From Podarcis cretensis (Eukaryota), in contig OX638164.1 of assembly GCA_951804945.1 (NCBI GenBank), positions 18,228,001-18,292,000 of the forward strand: a DNA stretch of 64,000 nucleotides, in the 5' to 3' direction. Both the position numbers and the translations under genes were made by a program. The notes beneath the pieces are model-generated. The model was given only the letters and a program-made list of their open reading frames with translations. It was not told the origin of the DNA and made no database searches. Below, piece by piece: positions 48,401 to 61,978 of this stretch. Within the stretch, counting starts at the first letter, position 1, and each line of letters begins with the position of its first letter.

Positions 48401-50286
48401 AGGCAGTCATAAAACTTACCTCTAAGCCCCCTGCAATGTTAATTGCAAGTTTCCCTTTTGCAGGTTCTGGCTGCGCTATCACTCCCTGTTTGGATTTGCT
48501 GGAGGTTAGTGATGAATTTCCCCTTAGTTAAGTCAGCATCTGCTCTGGGAGGAGACAGTTTTAACTTATGCAAGGAAGCCAGCAATTAGAGCCCACCCCA
48601 ACCCCTCCACCAGAAACGTAAGCTTACTAGTCCAGGCACCAATTCATTACACCCCACACTGCCCCAGACATTCTGAACAGGAAATAAAATGGGTGGAACC
48701 TGCAATGAGGAAACCTAACAATTGGGCATTGTCTGTAAAATAAGAATGGAGCAAGCATGGCGGTTCCAGATAAATGGGCGAGTGTCAAAGCAACCTAGCA
48801 CAGCTACGGGATTTGTTACCTTTCCTGTCTCCCTAAAACCCAAAGCAGCTACTCGGCAGAGGTCTTAGGTGTGGAATTCCACAGCAGGGAATGCTGTGCT
48901 CCTTGTAACCTCTTCTTAAGCACATATGGACATGGGAAGAGCCTGGTGGATCAAGACAATGGCCCATCTAGTCCAGCATTCTCACAGTGACCAACCTAAT
49001 GGTGATGTTGCCATTGAGGGCATGTTTGCCTTATATCCCACCATTCCACTTGAAGGAGACCAGGGTGCCAGATGCCTTTTGCTTGCAATTTCCAGCAACT
49101 GATATTCGAAAGAATCCTGCCTCCAGCAGTGGAGGTGGAACTGAGCATGGCCATTGTGGTTCCAGCATGGCAGTCTGGAATTGTAACCCAAGCACCCTAA
49201 ATGTAAGGATCATAGATCTAGCAAGGTGGCAGAGCTTTTCCTTCTACTACAGTGAACTGGCCTCTTCTTATGGCAGAAATGGGGGAACTTTCTCTTGAGG
49301 AACACTAGCCTCTCTGCAAAACTCTTAGGTAGAATAGAAACAGCTTTCCTTTGGGACAGCACCATCAGTTTCTAGATGGCCACTCATTTTCAGTGGAGCT
49401 GTATCATGAACTTTGCAAGTGCTGAAGGGTCAACAATACTCACTTATCTGCAAGGCAAAGGGTTCTACCAGAACCTCTTTCAGACTCCTTTGTCTGCACC
49501 ACCTTTTGCAGAAAGATATGGTAGAAGTACATTAAGAAGGGAGAGGTCCTTGGGACTGAGGATTGTCCTAAGCACCAGATGGGAAGCCTCTGCCTGCTGG
49601 ACTGAGCCCTTTTCCCTGCTGTAACAGCAGCAATGATATTGCTGTAACTTGTCAAGGCAGAGATTTGCCTGTACAGATTCTGCAGCCACCGGACTATTTG
49701 CAAGTGAGTAAATAAGTTTGTTGGCTCTTGAAAGCATCACCAAGTACAGAATGCTGCCTGTAATAGTCCAAAGACAATACTTTGGAATGAGACACACTTC
49801 ATTCCCATGCCTTCCCTTTACCTTTACCTTTGACCTTAGAAGAAAGACACTTTTTGGTAGTTGTTGATTCTAGGTCGTCCTGGTTTTCATTAAGTGTTCC
49901 TGGTTGAATAAAAGGAAACCTGGAATTTCTCATAGCTTCAGCCAGCCTTCCAAGGGCTTATTAAAGCAAGTTTGGAAGAATTATGTTAAGGCATCCCAGG
50001 CAATCAAGATTTCCACCTTTCCAGGATCTCCTTTAATCAGAAGAGCAGAAGACGTGAATGGGAAAAGTTCCAAGGATGTAAGGGTTGGGTCTAGTCTACT
50101 TTCACCTGTCATCATTAGAGATCATATTTTAAAAGGGTCCTAGCTAATGTAAGTTAATTTAAGTCTAACCCTGAAGAACTCATGGTTTCCCCACTGTGTT
50201 CAGAAAACCACTCGTTTCGCCTTTCCCCTGCAGATCCTTGTTGAGATAAGCTGAACTGGAAGGGCGAATTGACTTGCCCCTTCTGG

Positions 50287-50530
50287 AAGAAGAAGGGTTT
50301 GGATTTGATATCCCGTTTTATCACTACCCGAAGGAGTCTCAAAGTGGCCAACATTCTCCTTTTCCTTCCTCCCCCACAACAAACACTCCAAGAGGTGAGT
50401 GGGGCTGAGAGACTTCAGAGAAGTGTGACTAGCCCAAGGTCACCCAGCAGCTGCAGGTGGAGGAGCAGGGACTCGAACCTGGTTCACCAGATTACGAGTT
50501 CACTGCTCTTAACCACTACACCACACTGTC
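50287..50530 (-). mobile_element. tRNA/CORE SINE (Squam3/MIR-like)
   Basis: Close paralog of 1193-1434. Confidence 0.85.
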
Positions 50531-51627
50531 CTTCCTGCTCTTTCAAATATCCTATCCCTGTTATGCTCCTGAAATCACAGGGAGTGATTCACACAAAGTG
50601 CCCTGTGCGCATTGATTCACTGCTTTGCATTTTGTAGAATGCAGCACAACCATCCTTGGGTTAATCTATGCTACACTGAACGTTGCTTCTGAGGTTAGTT
50701 CCCACATTTTTCTGCAATGGGATTTTGCACACATTGGTGCCATTCTCCTGCACCCACACCCATGGAAGCAAGAAGCAAGGTGGCCAGGTTCTCGCAAATG
50801 TCAACTTTGACATATTGAATGATATGAGTCTCTGAACAAACAAACAACCCATGCTAAAAGTTGATGCTTCTGACAGCTGCTATCTGCCAGCACACCAGCT
50901 GCCTCCCTCACGCAAAAAATCATACCCTAATGTAACTTGGGAACCAGACATTAGGCCATTGCATTTCAATATGAAAACATAGTTGCACAGGAAGCTCTCA
51001 TTAAGACATCAGCTTGCAGGGTCTTTGTGATAACATTCTGGTTGCTTTCTACTGAGCCCTGTGTACAAAGTACCGGTACATTCTACAAACCTTTTTGCAA
51101 AAACAAAATAGAAAAGTAATACACTTGAGAATGACAATATCTGCATTTTGCCCAAAATGTACTCCTTTGATGTTGGAACTCATGTTTTTATTATTTGTAA
51201 AGGTCTTCCATGTACTCCAAATTACTGTTAGTAATTGTCACTAAGTTATTTCTGTTAATGCAGAACTTAAAAATATAAGACCATTAAAAATCAAATTCAA
51301 ATAGCTTCTTCTTATTATTATTTAAAAAAGAAGTTTTGTAGCACTGGGAAATGAAAACAACCCCCGTGTAGCAGTAGATGAGAAGATGTGCCGTATCCCC
51401 ATAGAGTGGAATTGAGAACAAGAAACCTTCAGGCCAGATGGGCTTTCTCCCCATAGACATTGCCTTATTCACCAAGGACACTGAACAGTGGGAGATTCAG
51501 GACAGACAAAAAGAAATACTTCTTCATGTACCGCACAGCTAAACTATGGATTTTGCTGGCACAAAGTTGAATGACAGCTGCCATTTTGGACAGCAATAAA
51601 TGGGGATTAGCCAAATTCAGGGAGGAT

Positions 51628-51977
51628 AGGTATAGGGACCCCTGACCATTAGGTCCAGTCGTGACCGACTCTGGGGTTGCGGCGCTCATATTGATTTAAT
51701 GTCCTAGAGAGCGGGCGTACAGCTTCCGGGTCATGTGGCCAGCATGACTAAGCCGCTTCTGGTGAACCAGAGCAACACACAGAAACACCGTTTACCTTCC
51801 TGCCGGAGCGGTTCCTATTTATCTACTTGCACTTTTATGTGCTTTCGAACTGCTAGGTTGGCAGGAGCAGGGACTGAGCAACGGGAGCTCACCCCGTCGC
51901 GAGGATTCAAACCGCTGACCTTCTGATCAGCAAATCCTAGGCTCTGTGGTTTAACCCACAGCGCCACCCGCGCCCCC
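51628..51977 (-). mobile_element. Sauria SINE inserted in a CR1 3' fragment (about 51483-52160)
   Basis: 12-bp TSD ttcagggaggat (51616-51627 / 51978-51989); the flanks join to form a CR1-type 3' end. Confidence 0.92.
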
Positions 51978-52719
51978 TTCAGGGAGGATGCATGATGGCT
52001 ATATTATCATCAATACCAGAAGCAATATGCCTCTGTATACGTTGTTGGAGGTTACTGATGGGATAACACTATTGCACTGAGATCCTCTTTGTGGACTTCC
52101 TGGAGGCATCTGAGCAGCCACTGCAAAAACAGTGGACTAGATGTGTATTTGGCCTGCTCCACTGTGGGTCTCTCCTTATATTCACCTCTTTCTCAAATGA
52201 GTCCAAACTAGCTGGCTTAGAGTCTCATTAGCTTATTACCATGTGAGCTCTTTTCCTTCCAGGTGCACAAAGTCATCCAGGACCTGCACTCGCAAAGCGG
52301 CCGAGATACATTGAACATGCACACAGATGTCTGAAATCCCCAGTCGCAGGAAGTTGGCTGTTCCTGTATTGATGGCACTCTCAGCCTGGAATGCAAATGT
52401 CAGTAGGAACAGAACAGCTCTCCCCTGTCACAGAAGCCTGCCAAATGTTCTGGCAAGACAGTTCCTAAAACACCCAGATTTTTAAGACCTTAACTTAATC
52501 CCTTCCCTGTCCAGTGACTGTTACAATTTTTTTTTAATGTTTAAACAACTTCGCCCGTTGATAACAGAGCCCATGTGTTGTTGCCCTTTCATAAAGCCAC
52601 CACCAGATGTCAGTGTTGTCTCTCTGTTTTGTTGTGAAATGTAGGTGCAGCACATGGGCCCACAGCTGATCTGCAAAACTGATGGTGTTATGGGGGCCAT
52701 GTAAGGTTTGCTTCACAAT

Positions 52720-52876
52720 TGTAAGAAATCAGCCTTTTAGTGTGGCAGCACCTACACTTTGGAACTCCCTGCCTATTAACATGAGGCAGGCGCCTTTGCC
52801 GTTGTTTTTTCAGTGCCCGCTTAATACATTTTTTGCTTTGGTGAGTGTATCCAAACATGCAGATGTTGATCTGATT

Positions 52877-52932
<56 letters not shown>

Positions 52933-53035
52933 TGTTAATCTGAATTATCTTACTATCTTTATTGTTTTTAACTGCTTTGTTGATAATTGTAGTATTTCTT
53001 GTAAGCTGCTTAGAGGTTTTACTACAATCAAGCAG
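52720..53035 (+). mobile_element. L2 LINE 3' fragment; other L2 remnants on the minus strand at about 40860-41215 and 60865-61620
   Basis: FSVAAPTLWNSLP motif and L2-type tail (tgtaagctgcttagag). Confidence 0.75.
52880..52931. repeat. (TA)n microsatellite
   Basis: Direct reading. Confidence 0.95.
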
Positions 53036-53217
53036 NNNNNNNNNNNNNNNNNNNNNNNNNNNNNNNNNNNNNNNNNNNNNNNNNNNNNNNNNNNNNNNNN
53101 NNNNNNNNNNNNNNNNNNNNNNNNNNNNNNNNNNNNNNNNNNNNNNNNNNNNNNNNNNNNNNNNNNNNNNNNNNNNNNNNNNNNNNNNNNNNNNNNNNNN
53201 NNNNNNNNNNNNNNNNN
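53036..53217. other. Assembly gap (182 N)
   Basis: Run of N. Confidence 1.
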
Positions 53218-53603
53218 TGGCCCCCCACCCCACTGCAACAGGTAGTGTGCTCTGGCTCTAACTGATGGAGTAGCAGCTCTCCAGGGACCCAATCTGCCAC
53301 AAAGATGGACATTTTGCTAGGAATGGGGCAGGGGGTAGGAGAATGGCATGCAAACACCCAGAATTTTAATTTCTCATGGTGAGCTGAATTGCAGATATGC
53401 AACGCAGCACTCTCCCCAGTTGTAACAGCTGGGGTGTTTCTCCTTGCTCTCACTTGCTTTGCTGCAGATACAGAGATGTGACCTTAAAGCAACTCGTAGG
53501 ACAACCTATGCAAGTCTCTGTTGAAGTAAGACCCGCTGTGTTTGATGGTGCTGACTCCTTAAATGAGTGTGCATAGAGGTTCAGCCTCAATTGCACAATT
53601 AAC

Positions 53604-53830
53604 AGAGCCAGTGTAGTGCAGTGGTTATGGGGTTGGGCTAAGACTTGGGAGAGACCAGGGCTCAAATCCCCACCCAGTCCTCAAGCTCATGGGCTTGGTC
53701 CACACTGCCTCAGCCTAACCCACCTTGCAGCCTTGTTGCCGGGAGAGAACTGGGTAAGTCACCTTGAGCTCCTTGCAGGAAAGGTGGGTCATAACAATAA
53801 GAAGAAGAAGAAGAAATTAATCAATAAACT
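53604..53830 (+). mobile_element. tRNA/CORE SINE, degraded
   Basis: agagccagtgtagtgcagtggtta head, gcctcagcctaacccacctt body, simple-repeat tail. Confidence 0.65.
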
Positions 53831-54663
53831 TATATTTAAGTAAACACCAGGGGGCACTCTTGTTTTATTCCAGTTTAGTAGAATGTGGTTTGATGTTCCT
53901 TTAAAAACGGAAATCCTGGTGGGATCCCTCGACTTACAACTGCAACTAATTTTTAAGAGGGTCTTTGAAATGAAGAGGACCATAGCAACACCTGCTTAGC
54001 CCAGTGACTCACACTCAGGAGAGACAAGCAAAAGGGCTCTTTAACCTCCTCCTTCCTGGTGGGCACAGCCACATGCTTTGGAAGAGTCTTCCAGTTATCG
54101 TGGCCCTTGGCTACTGCCCCCTCATTCACCACTGGTTCAGCTTCCGCAACAAAGCCGAACGTTGAAACGCAAAAGGGATGAAAACTGTCAAACGTTTGCA
54201 CTGTTAACGCAGCAAAGTGGATGCTTCTCCCTTTGCCCTGCCTAGGCTAAAGTGTGCAAGTGTAAAGGACACAGATTATCAGAGCTGGGAAGTGTCCTCG
54301 GAGATCATCCCAGGAATCTTGGAATGACAGCATCCCTGCAGAATGACCACCCAACATTGATGAAAAATTCCTCCAGCGAAGGAGAGCCCACCTTGGAGAA
54401 TTGTACAGTTAGAAGGGACCCAAAGTCCAACCCCCCTGCAAAGCACCTCCTTCTTAGGCAGTCAGTTTCATGGTCAACATAGGAAGCTGCCTTATCCCAA
54501 GCCAGACCATGGTGCAGCATATACTGACCAGCAGTGGCTCTTCAACAGGGGTCCCTCCCAGACCTACCTGCAGATGCCCACCTGTCAAAAATGGCCCCCA
54601 GACCAGTTATGGATCTGACTGGCTGGATGCAATTCCCCACTCCCGCTGTAACTGAATTATGTA

Positions 54664-54923
54664 CCGTATTTTTTGCTCTATAAGACTCACCTTTTCCCTC
54701 CTAAATAGTAAGGGGAAATGTGTGTGTGTCTTATGGAGCGAATGCAGGCTGCGCAGCTATCCCAGAAGCCAGAACAGCAAGAGGGATTGCTGCTTTCACT
54801 GCGCAGCGATCCCTCTTGCTGTTCTGGCTTCTGAGATTCAGAATATTTTTTTCCCTTGTTTTCCTCCTCCAAAAACTAGGTGTGTCTGGTGGTCTGGTGC
54901 ATCTTATAGAGCGAAAAATACGG
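54664..54923 (+). mobile_element. Tc1/mariner MITE, same family as 9044
   Basis: Near-identical copy with both TIRs. Confidence 0.88.
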
Positions 54924-55032
54924 CAATGTGCACAGAAGTGCTTTTTTTCCTGCCTGCTATCTCCTGCCACTGTGTGAGTGTATCAGATGAGCCCAGAGTT
55001 TTTGCATTGCGTGGCAAGTTTCCTCCCCCAGT

Positions 55033-55320
55033 TGAAATGAAGACACGGACACGTTGCTTTAAGGTTAATGGGCGTGAAAGGCCACAACTTTATTGATTAC
55101 GGAATTGAAGGTATTGGCCTTAGGCATTGGCTTCTATCGACTACCCGGCATGGTGACCGGGAAGGGTTGAACACACCGCAGGAGTCCTGTTGAAGTACGC
55201 CAACTAGGGTCCCACGGGTGTCACCGCTCAGGGGCGTGCCGGAGGCCCTACCTCTCCAGGCTTCGGACAAGGCCATGCCCCCCCCCTGGGAGTCCTCTAC
55301 CGGACTACCCCTTCTCATTG
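55033..55320 (-). mobile_element. DIRS/Ngaro-like terminal repeat fragment
   Basis: CpG-rich; minus strand ends ccaatgcctaaggccaatacc...aataaagttgtggcc...gtgtccgtgtc, resembling recalled tyrosine-recombinase retroelement repeats. Confidence 0.4.
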
Positions 55321-55879
55321 TGAAAGCAAGAGGAAAAAAGTTATTTCCATATATCTCCACACTGTGCACTGTTTTATAAACTTCTACTTTTTTTTGGTCT
55401 GTTGGTTGGAATACTTTTTTGTCAGTTTAGAGAAAATAATGTTTTGGATAAGGAAGTATTAAATTGATTTTTTTTGGGGGGGGAGGGGAAGAAAACTGCA
55501 TCCAACTAGGAGCAAATGTCCCTGACATTGTGCGTTTTTGTAGGCTTAGTTTTAATGCAATGGATGTGTAGGTGGAACATGAATTCAAAAACTTAGGTCA
55601 CATGGTATGGCTTAATTTAAAAATAAGAGGTATGGAGTCAATCTTTTCGTGAAAATCTTTATTGGATTCTCTTATATGGAAGTTCTTCACCTGCCCATAG
55701 ATGTGCAAAGAAAAATATATTTTGTTGAGCCAGGAGACAAAGACATTCTGTGCATATGTAACAGCACACTTCCCTAAATAAATGTTGCACAAGTCCTATT
55801 GCGATCAAAACAACAAGGTTAAAAATTGCAGTCCTGCCGAGTCAAAATGTCACCAGTTGCCTTGCATATTCCCTAGCAG

Positions 55880-56330
55880 TTCAAACCCCATCAGTGTTGC
55901 GAAATCAGGATTGTTGTTATTATTGTCCCAATGTGCATCTCTTACCACTTGTATTTTTTTTGCCTATTTATCCAGTCTGGAAAGTTCACAGTCTGTTTAG
56001 GCTTTCACCATCTTGAATAATTGGGTGTCATCCACAAATCTGGCTGTCTCATGGCTCACACTTTATTCCAAATGAACAAGTTAAAAAGCACCAATAACCA
56101 ACACAGACCCCACTCCTTACTTCCTTCTATTTCAAGACTTGTTTACTCCTATTCTCTGCTTCCTGTTGTTTAACTAGACAGGAATCTTTAGGAGAACTCA
56201 TCCTCTTATCCCTGTCTGCTAAGTTACTCAGGAGCCTTTGATGAAGGATCTTGTCAAAATCTGGTTTAAAGAACCAGTTATACAATGGTTACTGGACCAC
56301 CTTTCTCCACATTCTTGTTATTCTGATGTC
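55880..56330 (-). mobile_element. Old CR1 reverse-transcriptase fragment
   Basis: Minus strand reads tttgtggatgacacc (FVDDT, degenerate FADDT) with flanking CR1-like sequence. Confidence 0.55.
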
Positions 56331-58049
56331 CAAAATAAGGGATTCACCTTTAGATCAGAGGTGTCTATGCTAGGGCATGGAACAGATTAAGCCCCAGGGC
56401 TGTCAGCTGCCAATCCTCATCCTAAAATACAGGAAATGTGTGTTCTGGTTGTAGTACTGCTGCACATTCCTTGATCACCTCTGGCAAACCCAGTTAAGGC
56501 TGGTCCATTAGGGCATGTGGGGCACGTGTGCTAAGTGCCCTGGTAAAAGTGGCACATCCAATTTTTCGTGGCTATTTTGGGTGTTGTGATCTCGCACACT
56601 CTTGCTCTGTGCTCTTGCCCTGAAAAAGTGGTTTTTTGGGGGGGGCGAGAGTGACGCTCAAGTCACATGACTCACACGGAAGCACACCTTGGAAGATGTT
56701 TGTACCAGTTTTGGGTCTTCAAATGTTGGGCGGTATGGTAGGGTGCTGCCCCCATGCCCCAGCCCGCTGCCACCTGTTTGCCTTCTTTTTTAGAACCAGC
56801 CCAGCAGGTGGCCCTGCCTGCCTGCTAGCTTCTTCTTCCTCCTTAACTTCATGGTTTTCATTGTAGGGAACAGCAAGGAGGATGGGGACAAAACTAGAAT
56901 TTGTGGGTTTTGCCTGTCATTGGCTCTGGCGCCACCTACTGTTGGGCCTCCAGCCTTCCACCCCACCAGTCCAACAGGCACCAGGTGACACTGGACCAAC
57001 CTTACATTCACAGCAGAGTCATCCAGGGACCACTCACTGAAGCCTTCTGTCTGTGCAAAGGCCTGCTCTCATTTTCAGACATCCAAGATGTTCTATGGGC
57101 GTGAGCAGCTGGAGCAGCCCTAATGATCCTCAGCCCGCTCCGAAAGTTGGAGGGTTGTGTGGTTGCTGTGTTTACAGGCTGTTCAGAAAAAGGAATGAAC
57201 TGTAAAACCATTGGCCTGGCCCATAAGTGTACATCCTTGGTATTTGGGTTGCAAACATGCTGAGAGCCAGGTTTATTCCAGATGTGTAAACTTTGAGCAA
57301 CCTCTTGTGGTCTGTTGCTTTGCAATACTGGAGAGGCAAGCTTTCCTCCAACCCAAGCTAGGGCTCTGCCTACGCACTTCCAACAGGGACACTCAGCACG
57401 AGGCTTATTAATCTGGAATGAACCCTGTGCCGAACAAGTGTGTGCAATATAATGCTATATCAATATTGGCTGGACGCTCCGGGGTTGTCTATTAAACCTC
57501 AGTCCCAGGCCTAATGTGTGGGAGACTGTTTTGCTGCAAAAACAGAACAGTCTTGCCAAACATTTCCAATCTGTCTTTTGGCCCAGCTCACCTCTCAGAG
57601 GTTCACACCCAGCTCTAAGCACTTTTTCCCATCCCAGGGGTAGGAGATCTGCTCCCCTCCCACCAAATACTGCATGCTTCCTCTCCCCAGGCTAAACTGT
57701 AGGCCACTAACCCAGGTGTGCTGCTGAGTTTGCACAAAGCAGAAGGCTACCACTCATTTTGTCATGTGCTACAATGTGTCTGCAAACACATAATTGCGGC
57801 CTTAATGCATTGTCCTTTCAACACGCTTTTGTTTCATCAATCAGTTACACTTTTAGATGCACGCACTGTTAAATGGGAAGAAGCAGCCCGGCATTTGATT
57901 GTCTGGGAGCTGTGGGCTCTCATCAGTACAGCACATATTTGGATGCAGTCAGTTAACCTAGAATAACAGCTCTACTCTATTTTGACTTCTGTGGTTTTTT
58001 TCTGCATCAGATCTGAATATCTTGTGACCTATTGAACTGAGTGCAGACT

Positions 58050-59015
58050 GCCAGAAGAGAAGACACAGAGGTGACATGATAGACATCTTCAAATATCTGT
58101 CACACAAAAGAGGGAGCAAGCTTGTTTTCTGTTGCTCCAGAGGGTGGGATCTGAACCAATGGATTTAAAATACAAGATTAACAGAGACAATTAGGGGACA
58201 ACCCAGACAAGAATTTCCAAAAAAATGGGGGAAATGCAGAAAATAATTTACCAAACAGTGCCCCAAAATATATACCTGGACTTGTTTCGATTACGGTAAT
58301 TTCTACAGGAGACTTTGCTTTTTTAAAAAAAGTCATAACTAGGAAAAATTGTAATAATCACATATAAAAAACAAGAAGTAAATAAGGAGGCCATTTACAG
58401 GATAAAGGAAGTCTTTTATTTTTCTAGTTACAGATAGGTAGCCGTGTTGGTCTGCCATAGTCAAAACAAAATAAAAAAAATAAAAAAATTCCTTCCAGTA
58501 GCACCTTAAAGACCAACTAAGTTAGTTCTTGGTATGAGCTTTCTCATACCAAGAACTAACTTAGTTGGTCTTTAAGGTGCTACTGGAAGGAATTTTTTTA
58601 TTTTGTTTTATTTTTCTGTTATGTTTTCTTTATGTAAAGTAATAGGAGTTTAATTTTGATAATTAAATTGTCAATGATGGTGGGTTTGTATGTATGTATG
58701 TATGTATGTATGTATGTATGTATGTATGTGTGAGTTGATGTGGACTATGTTGTAAACAAATTATTAGTAAAAAATAAAATAAAATACAAGAAGAGATTCT
58801 GACTAAACATTTGGAAGAACTTGCTGCTGCTGAGAGCTATATGACAGTGGAATGGACTCCCTTGGAAGGTGGTGGACTCTCCTTCATTGAAGGTTTTTGA
58901 ACGGAGGTTAGGAGGTAATCTGTCAGGGGATTCTTTAGCTGTGATTGCTGCACTGCAGGGGGGGGGCTGGGCTAGATGACCTTTGGGGGTGCCTTCTGCA
59001 ATTTTGTTATTCTAT
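58050..59015 (+). mobile_element. CR1 3' end interrupted by an L1-like fragment (58178-58779)
   Basis: gaggtgacatgata...ttcaaata and gactaaacatt...ggaagaactt...ctagatgacc CR1 motifs; TSD taaaatacaaga (58166-58177 / 58780-58791). Confidence 0.75.
58426..58605. mobile_element. Penelope-like element remnant with fold-back inverted repeat
   Basis: ggtagccgtgttggtctg and gtagcaccttaaagaccaac motifs; perfect 62-bp arms; 12-bp TSD ttttatttttct. Confidence 0.75.
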
Positions 59016-60643
59016 TGTGCCCTGCCAGGTACTTCATAAATACTGCTTCTGCAATCCCAAGCAGGCAGCAAAATAAAGCAACATCTTGAGTTGCTGGTGG
59101 ATGAGTCAACTATTTGTGGTTGGTGGGATGCTCCCAGTGCGGTGGCTCACACTCAGCACTTTTTAACATGTTCAGGGGATGAATCAGAAGAAGCTGACAC
59201 TAGCAATGACCCTGAATTTTGCATTTATCTTATTTAGAGTATGGATTTCTGTGGTTCACAAGGCTTCGATGCACTTGGCGATTTCATACAAAGGTCATGT
59301 CCACACCAGAGCATTTAAGCACACACCTGGATCAATTGGTGTGTGCTTATGTGCCATCATCCACACACGAGCTTATTCTGTTTTATGCATCTTGAAACAT
59401 GATGCTTCTCATCCACATTGGTGGGTGGGGCTTGATGGGATGGGATACACCAACATCACTTGGCTAGCTCATTCTGTAAGAACATCTCAGTTATCCACCA
59501 GGAACCTTTGCATGCAATCAATGTCCATGGTGTAAGAGCCAATATGAATTACTTTTGACATTCGCCGTTTCATTGCTCAAATGTGTTCTCAAAGGCTGTT
59601 GAAGGAAACTGCACAGTACTATTGATGAAATGCCACTGTCTCAGTTTGGGGCCAATGAAATAAAAAATCGACAGACTGGCTAGACGCTGATGTAAGAAAA
59701 ACCTGCACCCTCCTTAGATTCTTCATCCCAAGTGTTGCTTATTGATTTATTTGTTGGCAAAACATGCTAAACTGTAAGTCCCTAATGCAGTACAAGCCTG
59801 TGGTTTTCAAGGTATGTTAAAAACCCAACATCAGTGTTATTTGGCTGCAGGGGAAGAACCTTCAAGACTCTAAATCCATCACCTGGAGTTGTTTAAATTC
59901 CCCAAATGCAAGCAATCCCTTTGCAATTGCTAGAGATGACCCACTACAGTTCAGTCTAATAGGGTGTCTCCCCAGATGTTCTAGGGTACAGATTTGGAAA
60001 GTAGTAAAAAAACAAAAACAAAAACACCAGCCAATCTGATGGGCATCCTGTTGCTTTTCTAATATAAGCCCTTTTGGGGCTCTGTTGGCATAGCCAGGGC
60101 TGACACCGTTGCCGCTGCCTTATTTGGCGACCATTTTGATGACTCCAGAAAATGGAGGACTGTGTGTTGCGGTTGCTAGGAAACACCAGGATGTGCTTTC
60201 CAGCTACATAGGTGACTGAGGAGCATCTCCTATGGTTGCTTAGTAACCATGACATGCTCTCCCTGTTTGTTGGACCTGGCAGAGTGGCTGGCTAGATTTG
60301 CAAAGGTGAAGCTGGAGAATGCCACAGGCAGCCATGTCGTGGGGAGAGGCAGCAGTAACCATGTGGTTTTAGATGTAGTGAGGATGTGTTAAGTGTAGCT
60401 TTTAAAAATTCAAAATGAACATGGCAAACAGGTGTTTGAAAAAGCTTGGGCCGTACTCGTTTACCAGTCAGGGAGCCTGGACTGAAAGCACACTAGGTGG
60501 CAAACCCAGGGTCTGTTATCAGGAAGGAGCAAGGGTGGGTAGGAAGAGAGCTGGCTAGATGACAGAGGTGGGAGGAGTAGGGAACCTAATTCTTTCTGGG
60601 TTGCAGCTATGGGGGGTGGGCTGGCTACCAAAGAATAAGAATA

Positions 60644-60855
60644 CAGTGGTACCTCGGGTTAAGAACTTAATTCGTTCCGGAGGTCCGTTCTTAACCTGAA
60701 ACTGTTCTTAACCTGAAGCACCACTTTAGCTAATGGGGCCTCCCACTGCTGCATGATTTCTGTTCTCATCCTGAAGCAAAGTTCTTAATCCGAGATACTA
60801 TTTCTGGGTTAGTGGAGTCTGTAACCTGAAGCGCCTGTAACCCGAGGTACCACTG
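60644..60855. mobile_element. Tigger-like MITE
   Basis: Perfect TIR cagtggtacctcgggtt with TA TSD. Confidence 0.88.
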
Positions 60856-61978
60856 TAATATTTATTACCTGTCCTTCACCAGAAGTTCCCAGGGTGGGTT
60901 ACAGCAATAAAAAATGCAACATTAAACACAGTTTTAGACAAATTATAAATGTATCTAGAATGGCTCCGTGTGTGTGTGTTGGGGGGTGTAGCCAAAGGTC
61001 ATGACAAAGAGGTGTGTCTTCAGCATAAAACAATAGCTGCCCAATGAAGGTGGTGGATGCACCTCTGTGGAGAGGGAATTCCAAAGGTTAGGGCTCACCC
61101 CTGTGAAGCTCTGAAGATAGTGGAAACAACAAGAGCCCACCCACCCACCGCTGATCACAACACCCAAGAGGATCTGTAAGGAAGGATGCCATTTCTTATT
61201 TATTTGGGACCTAGGACATTTAGGGATTTAAACACTAATGTGAGCACCTTGAACTGGATCCGGAAACAAAATGTCAGACAACATGACTTTAAAAAAAATA
61301 AAACGGGTGGTATGAGTTCTAAAGGGAACCCCAGCTGGTAAACCGGCCTCTGCATATTGGACCAGTTGAAATTTCCAAGTTGTCCTCAAGGGCAGCCCTT
61401 GTGACCAAGTCACGCTGTCCAAAAAGGCCAAAACTGGTGGAGCAGCTGTAGCTGGAAAAAAACCAACTCTCCTTGCCATTAAGGCCACCTGAGCCTCCAA
61501 GGACAAAGTTCAACCCAGGATATACAGAACTGCTTTTTCCAGGGGAATGCAACTCCCTCTATGTCAAACCATCTCTCCATGTCCCAGACTTTAAAACTCA
61601 GTGCAACGGATAATCCCTCTGCCTTTTCAGGCTACAGCTTCATACAAAAGTGCTCACTAGGGAGCCTGATTTGGGTGTGTCTGCTGGCACAGCAGGTGGC
61701 ATTGCGGTCTAAACCACTGAGCCTCTTGGGCTTGCCGATCAGAAGGTTGGCAGTTCGAATCCCTGAAATGAAGTGAGCTCCCGTTGCTCTGTCCCAGCTC
61801 CTGCCAACCTAGTAGTTCGAAAGCATACCAGTGCAAGTAGATAAGGAGGTACCACTTTGGCGGGAAGGTAAAAGGTGTTTCCGTGAGCTCTCGTTTCTGT
61901 CACGGTGCTCCATTGTGCCAGAAGCGGTTTAGTAATGCTGTCCACATGACCTGGAAAGCTGTCTGTGGACAAACACCG

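Noticed and set aside
52682-53453. ORFs spanning the N run
   Set aside because: Artefacts of the assembly gap and the (TA)n repeat.
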